A DNA stretch of 64,000 nucleotides from an uncultured Verrucomicrobiae bacterium (GTDB lineage Bacteria > Verrucomicrobiota > Verrucomicrobiia > Chthoniobacterales > UBA10450). The translations under genes were made by a program, and so were the position numbers. The stretch covers positions 640,001 through 704,000 of the forward strand of contig CAVSDR010000003.1 of assembly GCA_963726745.1 (NCBI GenBank). The letters are read 5' to 3'. Shown here piece after piece: positions 35,587-45,999 of the stretch (positions within the stretch are counted from its first letter, which is position 1; each line of letters begins with the position of its first letter). A model generated the notes under the pieces. That model was not told the DNA's origin and made no database searches. It saw only the letters and a list, made by a program, of their open reading frames with translations.

Positions 35587-37880
35587 CGGGCTTCGAGCGC
35601 GGCGGCGATTGCGCCGGCAAAACGTTCCACTTGTCGCTCGAGCAAAAACTCGCGCTGCGCCAGCGCGCGGGCGTGCTCGGCGACGGCGCGGCGACGCTCC
35701 GGGGTGGCGGCCAGCGCGGCCGCGATCTCCCCCGCGGCCAACGTGGGCACGAGCAGCGCGGCGTCGTTGCGGCCTAACAAGTCAGCGGCCGCGGAGTCGG
35801 ATGGGCCGTGATAAAGGATGGGCAGGCCGCTGCCGAGGTAGGTGACCATTTTAGTCGACAAACTGTAGCGCCCAAAGTTCGCGTGTTCCGCGCCAAAAGG
35901 GAGCGGGAGGTAAAGCAGATCGGCCTCGGCAAAGTCGCGCTCCACCTCCGCCTCGGGCGCAAACGGGAGCACACGCACGCGCGCGCGACCGGCAAACACC
36001 TGCGGGCGCACATACTCGCAGCGCAGCGTGAGGCTGACACGCGTCTCCGGGTGCGCGCTTTCAAACAGCGCGATGCCCTCGAGGAGGGCGCGCAGGTTTT
36101 CCTCGTAGGGCATATGGAAGAGGCCCATGAAATAAATCCGCAGCACGCCCGGGACGCTCTGCTCGCGTGGCGGGGAAATCTGCGCAAGCCCATCGGTCAC
36201 GACGAGAAATTCGCGCGCGCCATAACGCTGGCAATATTCCCGGCCGAGCTCTTCGGAAATGACGAAGCGCGCGGCGGCGCCGAGCCAGGCGTCGCGCAAG
36301 GCGCGTTCCCGCGCCGCGGGGCGCTCGCGCATGGTGTAGCCAAGGTCATCGTGCAGGCTGACAAAAAAAGGAATCCCGAGGTCGCGCGCGACTGCTTGGG
36401 CCACGGCGAAATCGAGGCCGCTATGCGGAACCGCATGGATCGCCCGTGCGTTGAGCGCACGGCAACGCGCACGCAAACGACGACGGAACCGTCCGGCGAA
36501 CAACGGGCTGGAGAGCTTCGGCCAGGATGCCAGCCGGGAGTGTTCTACCCGCCCCCACGAGGGGCGCGAAGGGAGGTGTTCCTCTTGTGGCCACGGCGGC
36601 GGCGCCTTGGGCGAGGAGGCGATGCTGCGCCAGGCAAAGGGCACTTGCTCGAGCAACGCACGCAGAATGCGCGGACCGCCCCCTGGCGAACCAAGGCCAA
36701 ACGGCTGCACGCAGACGACAGGATTCTCCTTGGCGGAGAGCTCGGCGCGATAGGTCGCAAGCGTGGCCTCGGCGATCTCTTGCCAGGAAAAAGTCTCCGC
36801 CTGGCGAAGACTTGCCTCGGAGAGTTCGCCGTAGGTTTCCTCGCCGGCTCGAAGCAGCCGGATGATCTCGTCGGCAAAAGCGGCAACGTCTCCCAACGGA
36901 ACGAGGCCGTGCGGCAAAATCTCGCGCGGCCCGGGCGTATCGTAGGCGACCACGGGAAGCCCGGCGGCGATTTGCTCGAGGACCGCAAGCCCGAAACCTT
37001 CGACGTAGCTTGGGAAGGCGCCCACGGTGGCATCGGCCAGGAGTCGCGGAAGATCGTCCGGTTGGTAATCGGAGATCAACTCGATCCCTTCGGCCGCAGC
37101 CCCAAGGTCGTGCTCGATCACGGCGGGCGCGACCATGGTGCCGAGAAAACGGAAGCGCACCGCGGGCACAGCCGCGCGGATGCGGGCGATGATCGCAGCC
37201 CAATCGTGCGACCCTTTTCGCGGACTCCACATGCCGACGAAGCACACCCGCGCCTGCACAAGCCGCGTGGCCGGCGGGAGCGCGGCGGCGCGAAACTGCG
37301 CGCGGCGTTCGCTCGTTAGGCCATAGGGCTGGACCATGATCTTGCCGGCTATTTTAAGCTCGTGGCGCAGGCAGACGGCTTCGGTCTCGTTCGGCACGTT
37401 CACCAGGTCGGCGCGCTGCACGCTTTTCTCCGAAGCCTGCTCGAGCCGACGCCGGGTGAAGTTGTAGATCACGCGCCCGGCCAGTTTCCCGCGCGGCGGC
37501 TGGGGCCAGCGCTGCGCGATCGTGCGGTCGAAGCGATCGTAAAGCCGGTAAAGCCCGACCGAGCGCGCGACCAAAAGACCGCGGAACCCGAGCGATTCGG
37601 CGGTTTCGGGAAGCGTGCCGACGAGCGCGTCGATGACATCAAAGCGCTGCGCGTTTTGCCGAACGAACGCCCTGGCTTTGCGCAAAAAAAGGAGCTGACG
37701 CAGCGCGTAAGTGACGCCGGTTGCGGGCCCGCCGGGGAAGGCATCGGAAAAGCTAAATTTCTCGAACGTGTGCCCGCCGGCACGCCACTGCTCGGCCAGC
37801 TCCATCCAAACCCGTGGTGCGCCGAGGCGCTCGTCCCAGGGCGAATTGACGATCGCGAGGATGCGCAGCGGTCGGCTCAT
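35583..37880 (-). CDS. Two-domain (fused) glycosyltransferase
   Basis: Domain 1 has FVGMWSPRKG and PSYVEGFGLAVLE. Domain 2 has PFGLGSPGGG, SLHDDL and YSLSTKMVTYLGSGLP. One open frame of about 765 aa from ATG 37880. Confidence 0.8.
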   Translation of the reverse strand: MSRPLRILAIVNSPWDERLGAPRVWMELAEQWRAGGHTFEKFSFSDAFPGGPATGVTYALRQLLFLRKARAFVRQNAQRFDVIDALVGTLPETAESLGFRGLLVARSVGLYRLYDRFDRTIAQRWPQPPRGKLAGRVIYNFTRRRLEQASEKSVQRADLVNVPNETEAVCLRHELKIAGKIMVQPYGLTSERRAQFRAAALPPATRLVQARVCFVGMWSPRKGSHDWAAIIARIRAAVPAVRFRFLGTMVAPAVIEHDLGAAAEGIELISDYQPDDLPRLLADATVGAFPSYVEGFGLAVLEQIAAGLPVVAYDTPGPREILPHGLVPLGDVAAFADEIIRLLRAGEETYGELSEASLRQAETFSWQEIAEATLATYRAELSAKENPVVCVQPFGLGSPGGGPRILRALLEQVPFAWRSIASSPKAPPPWPQEEHLPSRPSWGRVEHSRLASWPKLSSPLFAGRFRRRLRARCRALNARAIHAVPHSGLDFAVAQAVARDLGIPFFVSLHDDLGYTMRERPAARERALRDAWLGAAARFVISEELGREYCQRYGAREFLVVTDGLAQISPPREQSVPGVLRIYFMGLFHMPYEENLRALLEGIALFESAHPETRVSLTLRCEYVRPQVFAGRARVRVLPFAPEAEVERDFAEADLLYLPLPFGAEHANFGRYSLSTKMVTYLGSGLPILYHGPSDSAAADLLGRNDAALLVPTLAAGEIAAALAATPERRRAVAEHARALAQREFLLERQVERFAGAIAAALEAR

Positions 37881-38710
37881 CGACGATGACAAAGGGCGTT
37901 CCAAAACTTGTGGCGCACGGGATTGACGTAATGCCGCAAAACAAGCGCCGGGGAGGAGTGCCGATCGGGGAAGACAAATTGGTCGTCGAGTTGGAGAACC
38001 CAGCGCCGCGGGTCGAGCGGCTGCGCGCCGTTCGCGTGCATCACCAAGTGGGTGAGGGTTTGATTCGTAAAGAACGTCGGCTCGCCTTCGAGCGCGAGGA
38101 AACGCTCGATGGCTAACGACCAGTCGAGCGGCGCGCGGAGGAAAAGGACGCCGGTGTTGACCGGTTTTACCTGCTCTCGCTCGCTGCGGAACAGGCGCTG
38201 GTCGGCGGAGAGGCCGCAATCGGCGAGATAAAAGGCGGGCGCGTCCTCCGGCAGGTGGAGCGCGGCCGCGCCAGCGAAGAAGAGGACATCGGCATCGAGA
38301 TACAGCGCCGGGCCGGAAACAGGCAGCGACATCACGAGCGCGAGTTGTTTCCCGGTAGGATGCTCGCGCAGGTAACGCTCCATCGGCGCGGGCACCTCGG
38401 GCACCCAATCGCGCACCTGGTCGACCGCCACCACCGGGTCAATCGCGCGCAGCAGCTCGAGGCTGCGGAGCGAATGCGTCCCGTCGGAGACGACGGTGAA
38501 CCGCCGCGGCCGACCGGCGTGGCGCAGGAAGGAGCGGATCGACGCGACCTGCTCCGGAAGCATGGCTTCGCCGGAATAGGCGTAGACATCAAAAGGCAAT
38601 GTGCGCGATGCCTTCACCGGACGCCGCACGATCCAGCGCAAGGCGGCCTGGTAAATTCGCCGGCAGGCCTGCGCCTCCGCACGCGCGAAGTGGTAGCCAA
38701 AATTCGGCAT
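37877..38710 (-). CDS. GT-A fold (GT8-like) nucleotide-diphospho-sugar transferase
   Basis: LYLDADVLFF (DxD), VNTGVLFL, FTNQT, RHY. Confidence 0.6.
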   Translation of the reverse strand: MPNFGYHFARAEAQACRRIYQAALRWIVRRPVKASRTLPFDVYAYSGEAMLPEQVASIRSFLRHAGRPRRFTVVSDGTHSLRSLELLRAIDPVVAVDQVRDWVPEVPAPMERYLREHPTGKQLALVMSLPVSGPALYLDADVLFFAGAAALHLPEDAPAFYLADCGLSADQRLFRSEREQVKPVNTGVLFLRAPLDWSLAIERFLALEGEPTFFTNQTLTHLVMHANGAQPLDPRRWVLQLDDQFVFPDRHSSPALVLRHYVNPVRHKFWNALCHRR

Positions 38711-38714
38711 GCGC

Positions 38715-40034
38715 TCAGGCAGCCGCGAGGCGCACGCTGCGGAAGCCGCGCAGGCTCAAGACGACGTTGAGGAGGAGATTTGGGAGCGCGGAGATGAGAT
38801 TGAAAAGGAGCACGCCGCGAACGCTGGTGAAATCGGTGAAAGGAATAAGCGCAGCCTGCGTGGCAAGGGTAAGCGGGATGTAAAGCCACGAGCCTTTGAT
38901 CCAGGCCTTGGAGGAATTGAGCGCCCAGAGCGTGCCGACAAAGGCGCTCGCAACCGCCCCTGCGACCATGAGCACGAGCTCGCGCTCGAGATGAAGATAT
39001 TTGCTCCCGAGAACGAGGAGAAAGATGTGCGGCGCGAGCGCAGCGACGAGCAGGATCCCGAGGCTGAACAACGCCACCGCGCCGACGATCCCAGCATATT
39101 GCCAGCGGAGGCGGCGCGGGCTTTGGCAGCGGGCGAAAGCGGGCGCAAAAACATTCGCGAGGAGATTGCTGAGGACGGAGAAGATCATTGCCAAACGCCC
39201 GAGCGCGCCGACCTCGGCCACGGCGCTGACGTGATTACCGAAGAAGCTGATCAGGAAGACGGTGATCTGACCCTGGAGGCAGAAGAAGATGGAATTTGCC
39301 GCCTGGTTGCGGATGAAGCCGCGCATCGCCAGGCGGTCTTCGTCGTTCGGCAAGGCGTGCAGGTCGATCATGCCGGCGACGTAGCGGCGGAGCATCCAGT
39401 ATTGCAGGAAGATGGCGCCGAGGCTGACGACGACCGCGACGCCGGCGTTGAGGAAGACGAACATCAGACCGCCAAGAACGAGCAGGCGTGCGATCGCGCC
39501 GGTGAGATCGATCGTGCGGATGCGGTCGATGTCGGAATGCAGCCGCGGGACCACGCTGAGCACGCCAACCGCGAGCTGGACTAGGAGACCGAGCAGAATG
39601 ACGCCGATGAGCAAGGCGGTGTAAGCCGGCGAGGCGCCGTTCTTGACCAGCATGAAGGCGAGAATGGGCGTGACCACGGCCATCGCGAGCAGGCCGAGTT
39701 TGCGGCGCAGATGCAACGCGGTCACAACCAGCTGGCTAAAACGCGCGCGGTCGCGCCAGACGCGGCCGCCAATGGCGACGAGGGCAATGCTGATGCCGAC
39801 ATCCGCGAGCACGTTGATCGTGCCCTGCATGGTGTTGGCGATGGTGAAAAAGGCGTATTCGCGCTGAGACAATTGCCTAACGAGTAGAATGCCGCTGGCA
39901 AAACCAAGCAACTGCACTGCGGCCTGGGCGAAAGCAAAAGTGCCGACGACGCGGGCGCGCTGCATCGCGCGACGGATCATGGGCGCGCTCGTTTCCGCGA
40001 GCGCAGGCGACGAGATGGAACCGAAAAAGCTCAT
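38715..40034 (-). CDS. Wzx-like oligosaccharide flippase
   Basis: About 12 TM segments starting MSFFGSIS; LADVGI, VAEVGALGRL. Confidence 0.7.
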   Translation of the reverse strand: MSFFGSISSPALAETSAPMIRRAMQRARVVGTFAFAQAAVQLLGFASGILLVRQLSQREYAFFTIANTMQGTINVLADVGISIALVAIGGRVWRDRARFSQLVVTALHLRRKLGLLAMAVVTPILAFMLVKNGASPAYTALLIGVILLGLLVQLAVGVLSVVPRLHSDIDRIRTIDLTGAIARLLVLGGLMFVFLNAGVAVVVSLGAIFLQYWMLRRYVAGMIDLHALPNDEDRLAMRGFIRNQAANSIFFCLQGQITVFLISFFGNHVSAVAEVGALGRLAMIFSVLSNLLANVFAPAFARCQSPRRLRWQYAGIVGAVALFSLGILLVAALAPHIFLLVLGSKYLHLERELVLMVAGAVASAFVGTLWALNSSKAWIKGSWLYIPLTLATQAALIPFTDFTSVRGVLLFNLISALPNLLLNVVLSLRGFRSVRLAAA

Positions 40035-40092
40035 CGCACGATCGGGCCGGCGGGCGCTTCCGCCGCGGCCGCCGGTTTCGCCATGAATGCGG

Positions 40093-42236
40093 CTAGGAAG
40101 ACTGCGTGCCGTGACCCTGCGCGTGCGCGGGGAGCTTGCGCGGCTCTTCCGCCACCGGCGTGTTGTAGTACTCGGAGTACCTGGTAGTAGTAGGTACTCG
40201 GGCAGCGAGGTATCGACGTAATTCAAGATCACGCCGGGGACATTGACCTGCCGATTGTAGAGCAACTCGAGCGACTTCTTGGTCAGGCGCGCAGAGGTGT
40301 AGGAAAGGCGGACGACGAAGAGGGTGGCGTCAATCTTCGGCGCGAGGCTGGTGGTATCGTCCGCCGCCAAGACCGGCGAGCTGTCGATGATGATGTAATC
40401 GTACTGGTGGTAGATTTCCTGGAGGAAGCGATCGGTCGATTCGCGCAGGAGATGTTCGCTCGGCTGCGAGAGCGTGCTGCCGCGCGGGAGGAGGAAGAGA
40501 TTTTGGTAGGCCGTGGGCACCACCACTTCCTGCCAATTGACCTCGCCCTTGAGGACCTCGGAGAAACCGACCCGCGACGAGATATCGAAGGCTTCGCGCT
40601 GCGCGCCGCGGCGGAGATCGCCATCGATCAGGAGCGTCTTCGCCCCGGAAAGCGCGAAGGTAATCGCGAGGTTGGCAGAGACGGTCGATTTGCCTTCGTT
40701 AGGCACCGCGCTGGTGACGAGAAGCGTCTTTGGGCGCGGCCCTTCGTAAGGCATGAAGAAAATAGACGACCGGATGTTCCGATAGCTCTCGGCGAAGATG
40801 TGGCGGGCGTCGTCCGGCTGGAGCAGGGAGACGCGGCCCTTGGCTTTTTCGCGCGGGATCTGGCCGAGGACGTTCTCGGAGAAGTGGCCCTGGAATTCGC
40901 CAAAGGAAGCCATGCGGTCGTCGATCCGGTCGAGCAGGAGAAGAATCGCGAGACCGGCAAGCGCGCCGCCGCCGAAGCCAATGAGCAAGCCCTTAAGCAG
41001 GCCCGGGCGCACGGAAGTCGGCACGGTGGCCTGCTCCATGATCGAGACCTGATCGCCGCCGTCGACGACTTGGGAAACGCCGACTTCCTTGAGGTTGTTC
41101 GTGAGGCGATCGTAGAGCGTCTTGAGGCGATCGACCTTGCCCTTGAGGCGATTGAAGACCGCGAGGCGCTGGCTAAGGTCGAGCGCCTTGGCTTCCCATT
41201 CCTTCACATTCGACTGGAGGTTTTCCATCTGCTTGCCGATGGAATTGCGACGAGTGGCCAGCTTCTCCACGGCATCGGAACGGAAGAGTTGGATGAGGTT
41301 TTCCTGCTTCGCGATCTCGTCGTTTAATTTCAGGATTTTCGGGTGCTTCGGGCGCAGGTCTTTCGAGAGCGTGTCGCGCTCGGCCTTGAGCAATTGCACC
41401 GCTTGCTTGGCCTTGAGGTAATCGGCCTCCGGACCGACATCGGAGAACGGCATAACCTGCTGCGAGGCCTGATCGGGGGCATCGCTTTCACCCTTATTTC
41501 CCGAGGGCGAACGGTCGAGATTCTGGTCGAGGTCGAGTTTTTCGAGAAGCTCGTACTCCGTCTTCAGCGCAGCGTATTGCTGGTTCAGTTTTACCAGGTA
41601 GGCCGCGGCGCTGTTTCCTTCTTCCTGGATGAAGCCGATGTTGTTCTGCTTCTGGAAGTCGAGCATTTCGTCCTCGCCATTGCGCAGATCTTTCTCCACC
41701 TGGATGAGCTGCTCGGTGATGGCGGTGGTGACGTTATGCCCCTGGTCCTCGCGCATGCCTTTTTTGAAGTCGAGATACTTCTGCATGACCGCATTCAGGT
41801 AGGCCTGGGTGTACTCCGGCGAACTGCCGATGGCCTGGAGGTCGAAGATCGAGGTGCGCGGCTTTTGCACCACGTTGATGTCGACTAAAACCGGCTGGAG
41901 CTCGGGATGCGTCGAGCGCACGAGCGCCTCCGCGCTGCGGCGGACTTCCGCGCTCTGCATGAGTTGAATCTGGGTGCCGTAGAAATTGACGCTGTCCTCA
42001 CTGTAGACGGCGTTTTGGGCGAGGTTGAGCTTGCCCGCGAGCATCATCTTGCTCGTGGAAAGAAACGAGGGCGGCGTCTGGTAAATCAGCCAGGCCTGAA
42101 TGAAAACGCCGAGGCAGATGGTGAGCAGAGGAATCCACCAACGGCGCAGGAGCAGCGCTTTGTAGCGATGCACCCGGGTGATGAAGGAGTTACTCCAGGA
42201 CGAGGCGGAAGAACGATCGGGAACGGGCGCGGCCAT
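40093..42236 (-). CDS. wzc: Wzc-like polysaccharide co-polymerase / BY-kinase, two indels in the C-terminal Tyr cluster
   Basis: N-terminal TM, coiled-coil periplasmic region, ESYRNIRS, Walker A SAVPNEGKST, LIDGDLRR, IIIDSSP. The corrected tail reads EYYYYQYSEYYN...SS*. Confidence 0.85.
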
Positions 42237-42239
42237 ACA

Positions 42240-42924
42240 TTACATGTTGATCAAGCGCTGCGGGACGAAGATCTGGTCGCCGGGATGGACGACCGCATCT
42301 TCCTCGGAGTGACCTTCCTCGATCACGCGCTTGAGATCGACGATTACATCCTGGCCGCCCTTGCGGGTGAGTTTCACTTTGCGCTTGTTCGCGAAATCGC
42401 CGAAGCCGCCGGCGCGGATGACCGCTTTGCTGACGGTGTATTCTTCGTCGGCCGGGATTTCCTGTGGGCCCGGGCCCTTGACCGAACCGATGACGTAGAC
42501 TTTGCCGCGCGACTTTTCGCTGACGTGATCGACCGCAATGATCACGGTGGCGTGATAGTAGTATTCCTTTTCGAGCGCGGCCTTGACCGAGTAAGCCAGC
42601 TCCTTCGAGGTGCGGCCGGCCGCCTGGACGAGGCCCACATAGGGCACTTCGAGCTGGCCGTTATCGTTCACGCGCAGGCGCTGCGATTCGTTATCGCGAT
42701 CCTCGACCACACGGAAGCTAACGAAGTCGTTAGGGCCCAGCCGGGTGCGATCATCGAGCACATTCATCGAGTTCGTGCGCATGACCGTGCTCGTGGTCGG
42801 AGGCTCAGCCGCCGGGGCGGCGCGGGGGATCGACTGCGGCGGCGTGGAGACACTCTCCTGGGCCAGGAGTGAGGTGTTCGCCAGAGGCGGCGAGCACGAG
42901 GAAACGATAAGCCCAGTCTTTCAT
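42240..42924 (-). CDS. Short OPX/Wza-like polysaccharide export protein (Poly_export + SLBB), frameshift near 42885
   Basis: LGPNDFVSFRV, VPYVGLVQAAG, VYVIGSVKGPG, AGGFGDFAN, PGDQIFVP. The signal-peptide start MKDWAYRFLVLAA at 42924 is one base out of frame. Confidence 0.8.
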
Positions 42925-42942
42925 GCTCCGTTAAGGTCCAGC

Positions 42943-44256
42943 CTAGAAACTGTAGGTGCCGTCGAGGGAAATGCGATTCTGCTGGTAATCGCGGAAGGGC
43001 ACGTCCGAATCCTTGCGCGTGTATTGGTAGCGCGCGCCCAAGGTCACGTGGCGGGTGAGCTGATAGCCGATCGACAGGGCGCCGCCGTAACGGTGGAGAT
43101 GTTCGTCGATGAAGCCGCCGGAATCCTCCGCGTCCTCGTAGAAGAACTCGGTCGAAAGAAGCGTGCGATTGACCAGGTTCCAGGTCGCAGTGTGGCGGAC
43201 GTAGTTGAGCTTGATGTAGTTCGAGTTTACGCCGAGCTGCGCTTCGTGGCCGAGCGCGAGGCGCTGGGTGATCGCGGAGTTCACCCGGTGGGAGAGGAGG
43301 ACGTTAATGTAGTAGTCCGAGAGATCGCGCGAGTCGTTGTAGAGCAGGAAGCTGCCATCGGGGAATGGCCCGAGCGCGACCACGCTGCTGTCGAAGTTAA
43401 TCATCTGGTAGCCGCCGGCGACGCGCAGCTTCATGTAATTGGTTAGCTGCGTCTCGACGAAGCCGCCAACGCTGAAGGTATCGGAATCATTCAGCAGGCT
43501 CTTGTCGTAGTTGTTGAAGACGTAGCTCGACTCCACGCCGACGCCGGTGGTGGTCGTGGCCGCGAAGCTGAGCGAACCGGAGAACTGCTCCGCGTTGCGA
43601 TCGAGGTAATCGAAATCGTCGTTCGTCGCGATGAAGGTGTAATGGTCGTAGCCCAGGGTCAGGACCGCTTTGTTCAAGTCCCACAAGAGCGAGACGCCGG
43701 CGGTGTTTTGGAAGCGGCCGTAATCGGCCACGCCGCTCAAGCCGGGCTCGCCGATCGGATCCTGCTCGAGCGAGAAGCGATCGTGGAAGTTCAGGCGGAA
43801 GTCGCCGACAAAGATGTCGAAGGAAAGCTGCGAGCCAGGCGCCAGGAGGATGCCGTTGGTGTTATACTCCGAATGAGTGGCATAGAAGGCGTAGCCCACT
43901 CCGATATCAAAGCGCAGCGTGTTCAGCTGCGTGATCGGCCAGAGGATGTTGAAGTTTACCTGTGGGCGGAAAATGAAATCATCCTGCGTATCGACATCGG
44001 CGATGTTGATATTGTCGTTATACTCGACCCCCGCGGTGGCGCTCAGGCGGAAACGAGCCGGGCCGATGAGCAGGTTATAAGGGATTTGGTCGAACGACTG
44101 CCGGCGCGCCTCGGCCGAGGCTTCCCCCGCGAGTGAGGGGCGCACGGCGTCCTGGGCACGGGCGGGCGAGACGGCCACAAGAAGCGGCAGGAGGAAGCTT
44201 AAGCCAATCCGCCTGGCGGATAAGCTCGGGCAGCGAAAGATGGAGAGACTGCTCAT
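42943..44256 (-). CDS. Outer-membrane beta-barrel protein associated with the EPS locus
   Basis: Signal peptide, EYNDNI motif, alternating Y/hydrophobic beta strands and a C-terminal YSF. Confidence 0.8.
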   Translation of the reverse strand: MSSLSIFRCPSLSARRIGLSFLLPLLVAVSPARAQDAVRPSLAGEASAEARRQSFDQIPYNLLIGPARFRLSATAGVEYNDNINIADVDTQDDFIFRPQVNFNILWPITQLNTLRFDIGVGYAFYATHSEYNTNGILLAPGSQLSFDIFVGDFRLNFHDRFSLEQDPIGEPGLSGVADYGRFQNTAGVSLLWDLNKAVLTLGYDHYTFIATNDDFDYLDRNAEQFSGSLSFAATTTTGVGVESSYVFNNYDKSLLNDSDTFSVGGFVETQLTNYMKLRVAGGYQMINFDSSVVALGPFPDGSFLLYNDSRDLSDYYINVLLSHRVNSAITQRLALGHEAQLGVNSNYIKLNYVRHTATWNLVNRTLLSTEFFYEDAEDSGGFIDEHLHRYGGALSIGYQLTRHVTLGARYQYTRKDSDVPFRDYQQNRISLDGTYSF

Positions 44257-44589
44257 AGGTCAGGCGATTACTGGTGTTCGAAGTTAGCAGGAGCGGTACC
44301 ACGGCCGCCAATATTCCAGATTGTGGCCGTGGTTCGTAACGGGAATTTCCCTTTCCCGGGGATCTCGTTAGACAAAATTTTGTTCTCCAGCTGGGCGTTG
44401 TTTCGGGGAAGTTTTACTGGGGGGCCGCGAGACGGCGCAAGACAAATCGCCCGGGGTAACCGGGTGCTTCTGCCCTCAGGGATGCTTCACTGGATGGCCC
44501 CACGCGCGCTTCCTTTGCTTGAAGAGACCGCCTCCCGCAATGGAAAATTTTTCGCCGTTGGCAAGCTCCAAGCTTTTTAGGAAAGCGAA

Positions 44590-45804
44590 ATGAACCGCTT
44601 CCGTCTCCTTCCCTGCCTTCTCCTGCCGCTCGCGGCGGCCGTCGTCTCCTTCGGCGCCCTCACGCCCAGTCGCGCGGCCGATGTGGTCGACTCCGCCGAA
44701 GAAAGTAACACCGCCAAGAACCTCGCCCGGATGAATTGCGGGGCGCAAATCGAGTGCATCACGCCCGATGGCCGCAGCGTCCAGGTGGCCGACATGCGCG
44801 ACCGCGAACAAGCGCCGGCGGCCTTGATCCTCGACAACACGCTCAGCTGCCCGCTGCAGGAAGGGCGCACCACCTTCATTATTAAATTAGCCAGCGTCTC
44901 GCAGCTCGATCGCTTTAACTTCGTGAACGAAAACGCCGCGGCCGCTGGCCAGCTGAAGATTGCGGTCTCGAATTACCAGCTCCCTGCGGCGAGCAATAAA
45001 TGGGTCGAGGTCGCCGGCGAAGTCTCCTTCGCGCACAAGCGCTTCTTTAATCTCTCGCTCCTCGGCGTGGAAGCGCGTTATGTGAGGCTTTCCTTCGAGG
45101 TGGCGAAACCCGGCCAGATCGCCGCCCTTGGCCTCTACGGCGGCCAGTCGCTCGAGGCTTTCTCGAAAAATAACCGGCATCTTCTGCGCGACGGGAATGG
45201 CGGAAGCCATCTCCTCCAGGTGGGCCACAAAAAAGGAAATCGCCCGCTCGAGGAAGCGATCAATTTCGACTTCGCCAACCTCTACGCGCACGGCCACGTG
45301 GTCTACGTCAGCTCCGGTATGGCCCAGGGCGCCCCGCGCATGATCGACGACGACACCAGCACGAGCTTCCGTTTTGCCGCGACCGATCTGCATCCCACCA
45401 CCGTGGTCGAACTCGAGCAACGCCCGGAAATTCACCGCATCACCGCCGTCTACCAGATGGAGCCCGGCCGTCTCGACGTTTATCTCTTGAACGAACTCCA
45501 GGCCAACCCCGGGGACCTGAGCAAGGCGAAGCGCGTCGCCTCCGTGGAAGATCGCGACGAGCAGGGCAAAGCGTCGGTTAATTTCGACCCGCAAGACGCC
45601 CGCTACGTCGCCCTGCGTTGGACCCCGGCGGGCGAGCGCCATGATGGCAAGGCCTTCGAAATCGCCGAGATCAACGCCTACGGCGAAGTCGCGCTCTCGA
45701 TGTTGAACTTCAGCGCCTTCCCGGAAATCGCGAGCATCGCTCCTTCGCTGGAGCCGCCGGCCGCTTCCATCGGCATCCCCTTTGTGCCGGAAGTCAGTCC
45801 GTAG
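44590..45804 (+). CDS. Secreted protein with two discoidin/F5-8-like beta-sandwich repeats
   Basis: Signal peptide plus two similar halves (NLARMNCG...LILDNT...EARYVRLSF and FANLYAHG...MIDDDT...DARYVALRW...EIAEINAYG). Confidence 0.6.
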   Translation: MNRFRLLPCLLLPLAAAVVSFGALTPSRAADVVDSAEESNTAKNLARMNCGAQIECITPDGRSVQVADMRDREQAPAALILDNTLSCPLQEGRTTFIIKLASVSQLDRFNFVNENAAAAGQLKIAVSNYQLPAASNKWVEVAGEVSFAHKRFFNLSLLGVEARYVRLSFEVAKPGQIAALGLYGGQSLEAFSKNNRHLLRDGNGGSHLLQVGHKKGNRPLEEAINFDFANLYAHGHVVYVSSGMAQGAPRMIDDDTSTSFRFAATDLHPTTVVELEQRPEIHRITAVYQMEPGRLDVYLLNELQANPGDLSKAKRVASVEDRDEQGKASVNFDPQDARYVALRWTPAGERHDGKAFEIAEINAYGEVALSMLNFSAFPEIASIAPSLEPPAASIGIPFVPEVSP

Positions 45805-45999
45805 GCGTCGCGGCTTCTGCTTCTGTCATCCGGTTTGAGGCTGGCGCAGGCCAGGAAGCCAACAGCGCGCACCGCCTGCCGCTCGAAAGCGCCACGTGCT
45901 CATGATCATCCACCGGCTCTTGGTTTCTCTCGGCTGCTTCTGTTGCACCGCGCACTCGGCGGTCGCGACTTTACTCTGGATGCTCCTGCGCGTGCGCTC

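Noticed and set aside
38715..42236. 1173-aa Wzc-flippase fusion ORF
   Set aside because: Two single-base insertions in the Tyr cluster cause read-through. Correction gives a stop at 40093 and a separate flippase start at 40034.
45770..45804. C-terminal VPEVSP as a PEP-CTERM sorting signal
   Set aside because: No following transmembrane helix or basic tail, and no exosortase in the window.
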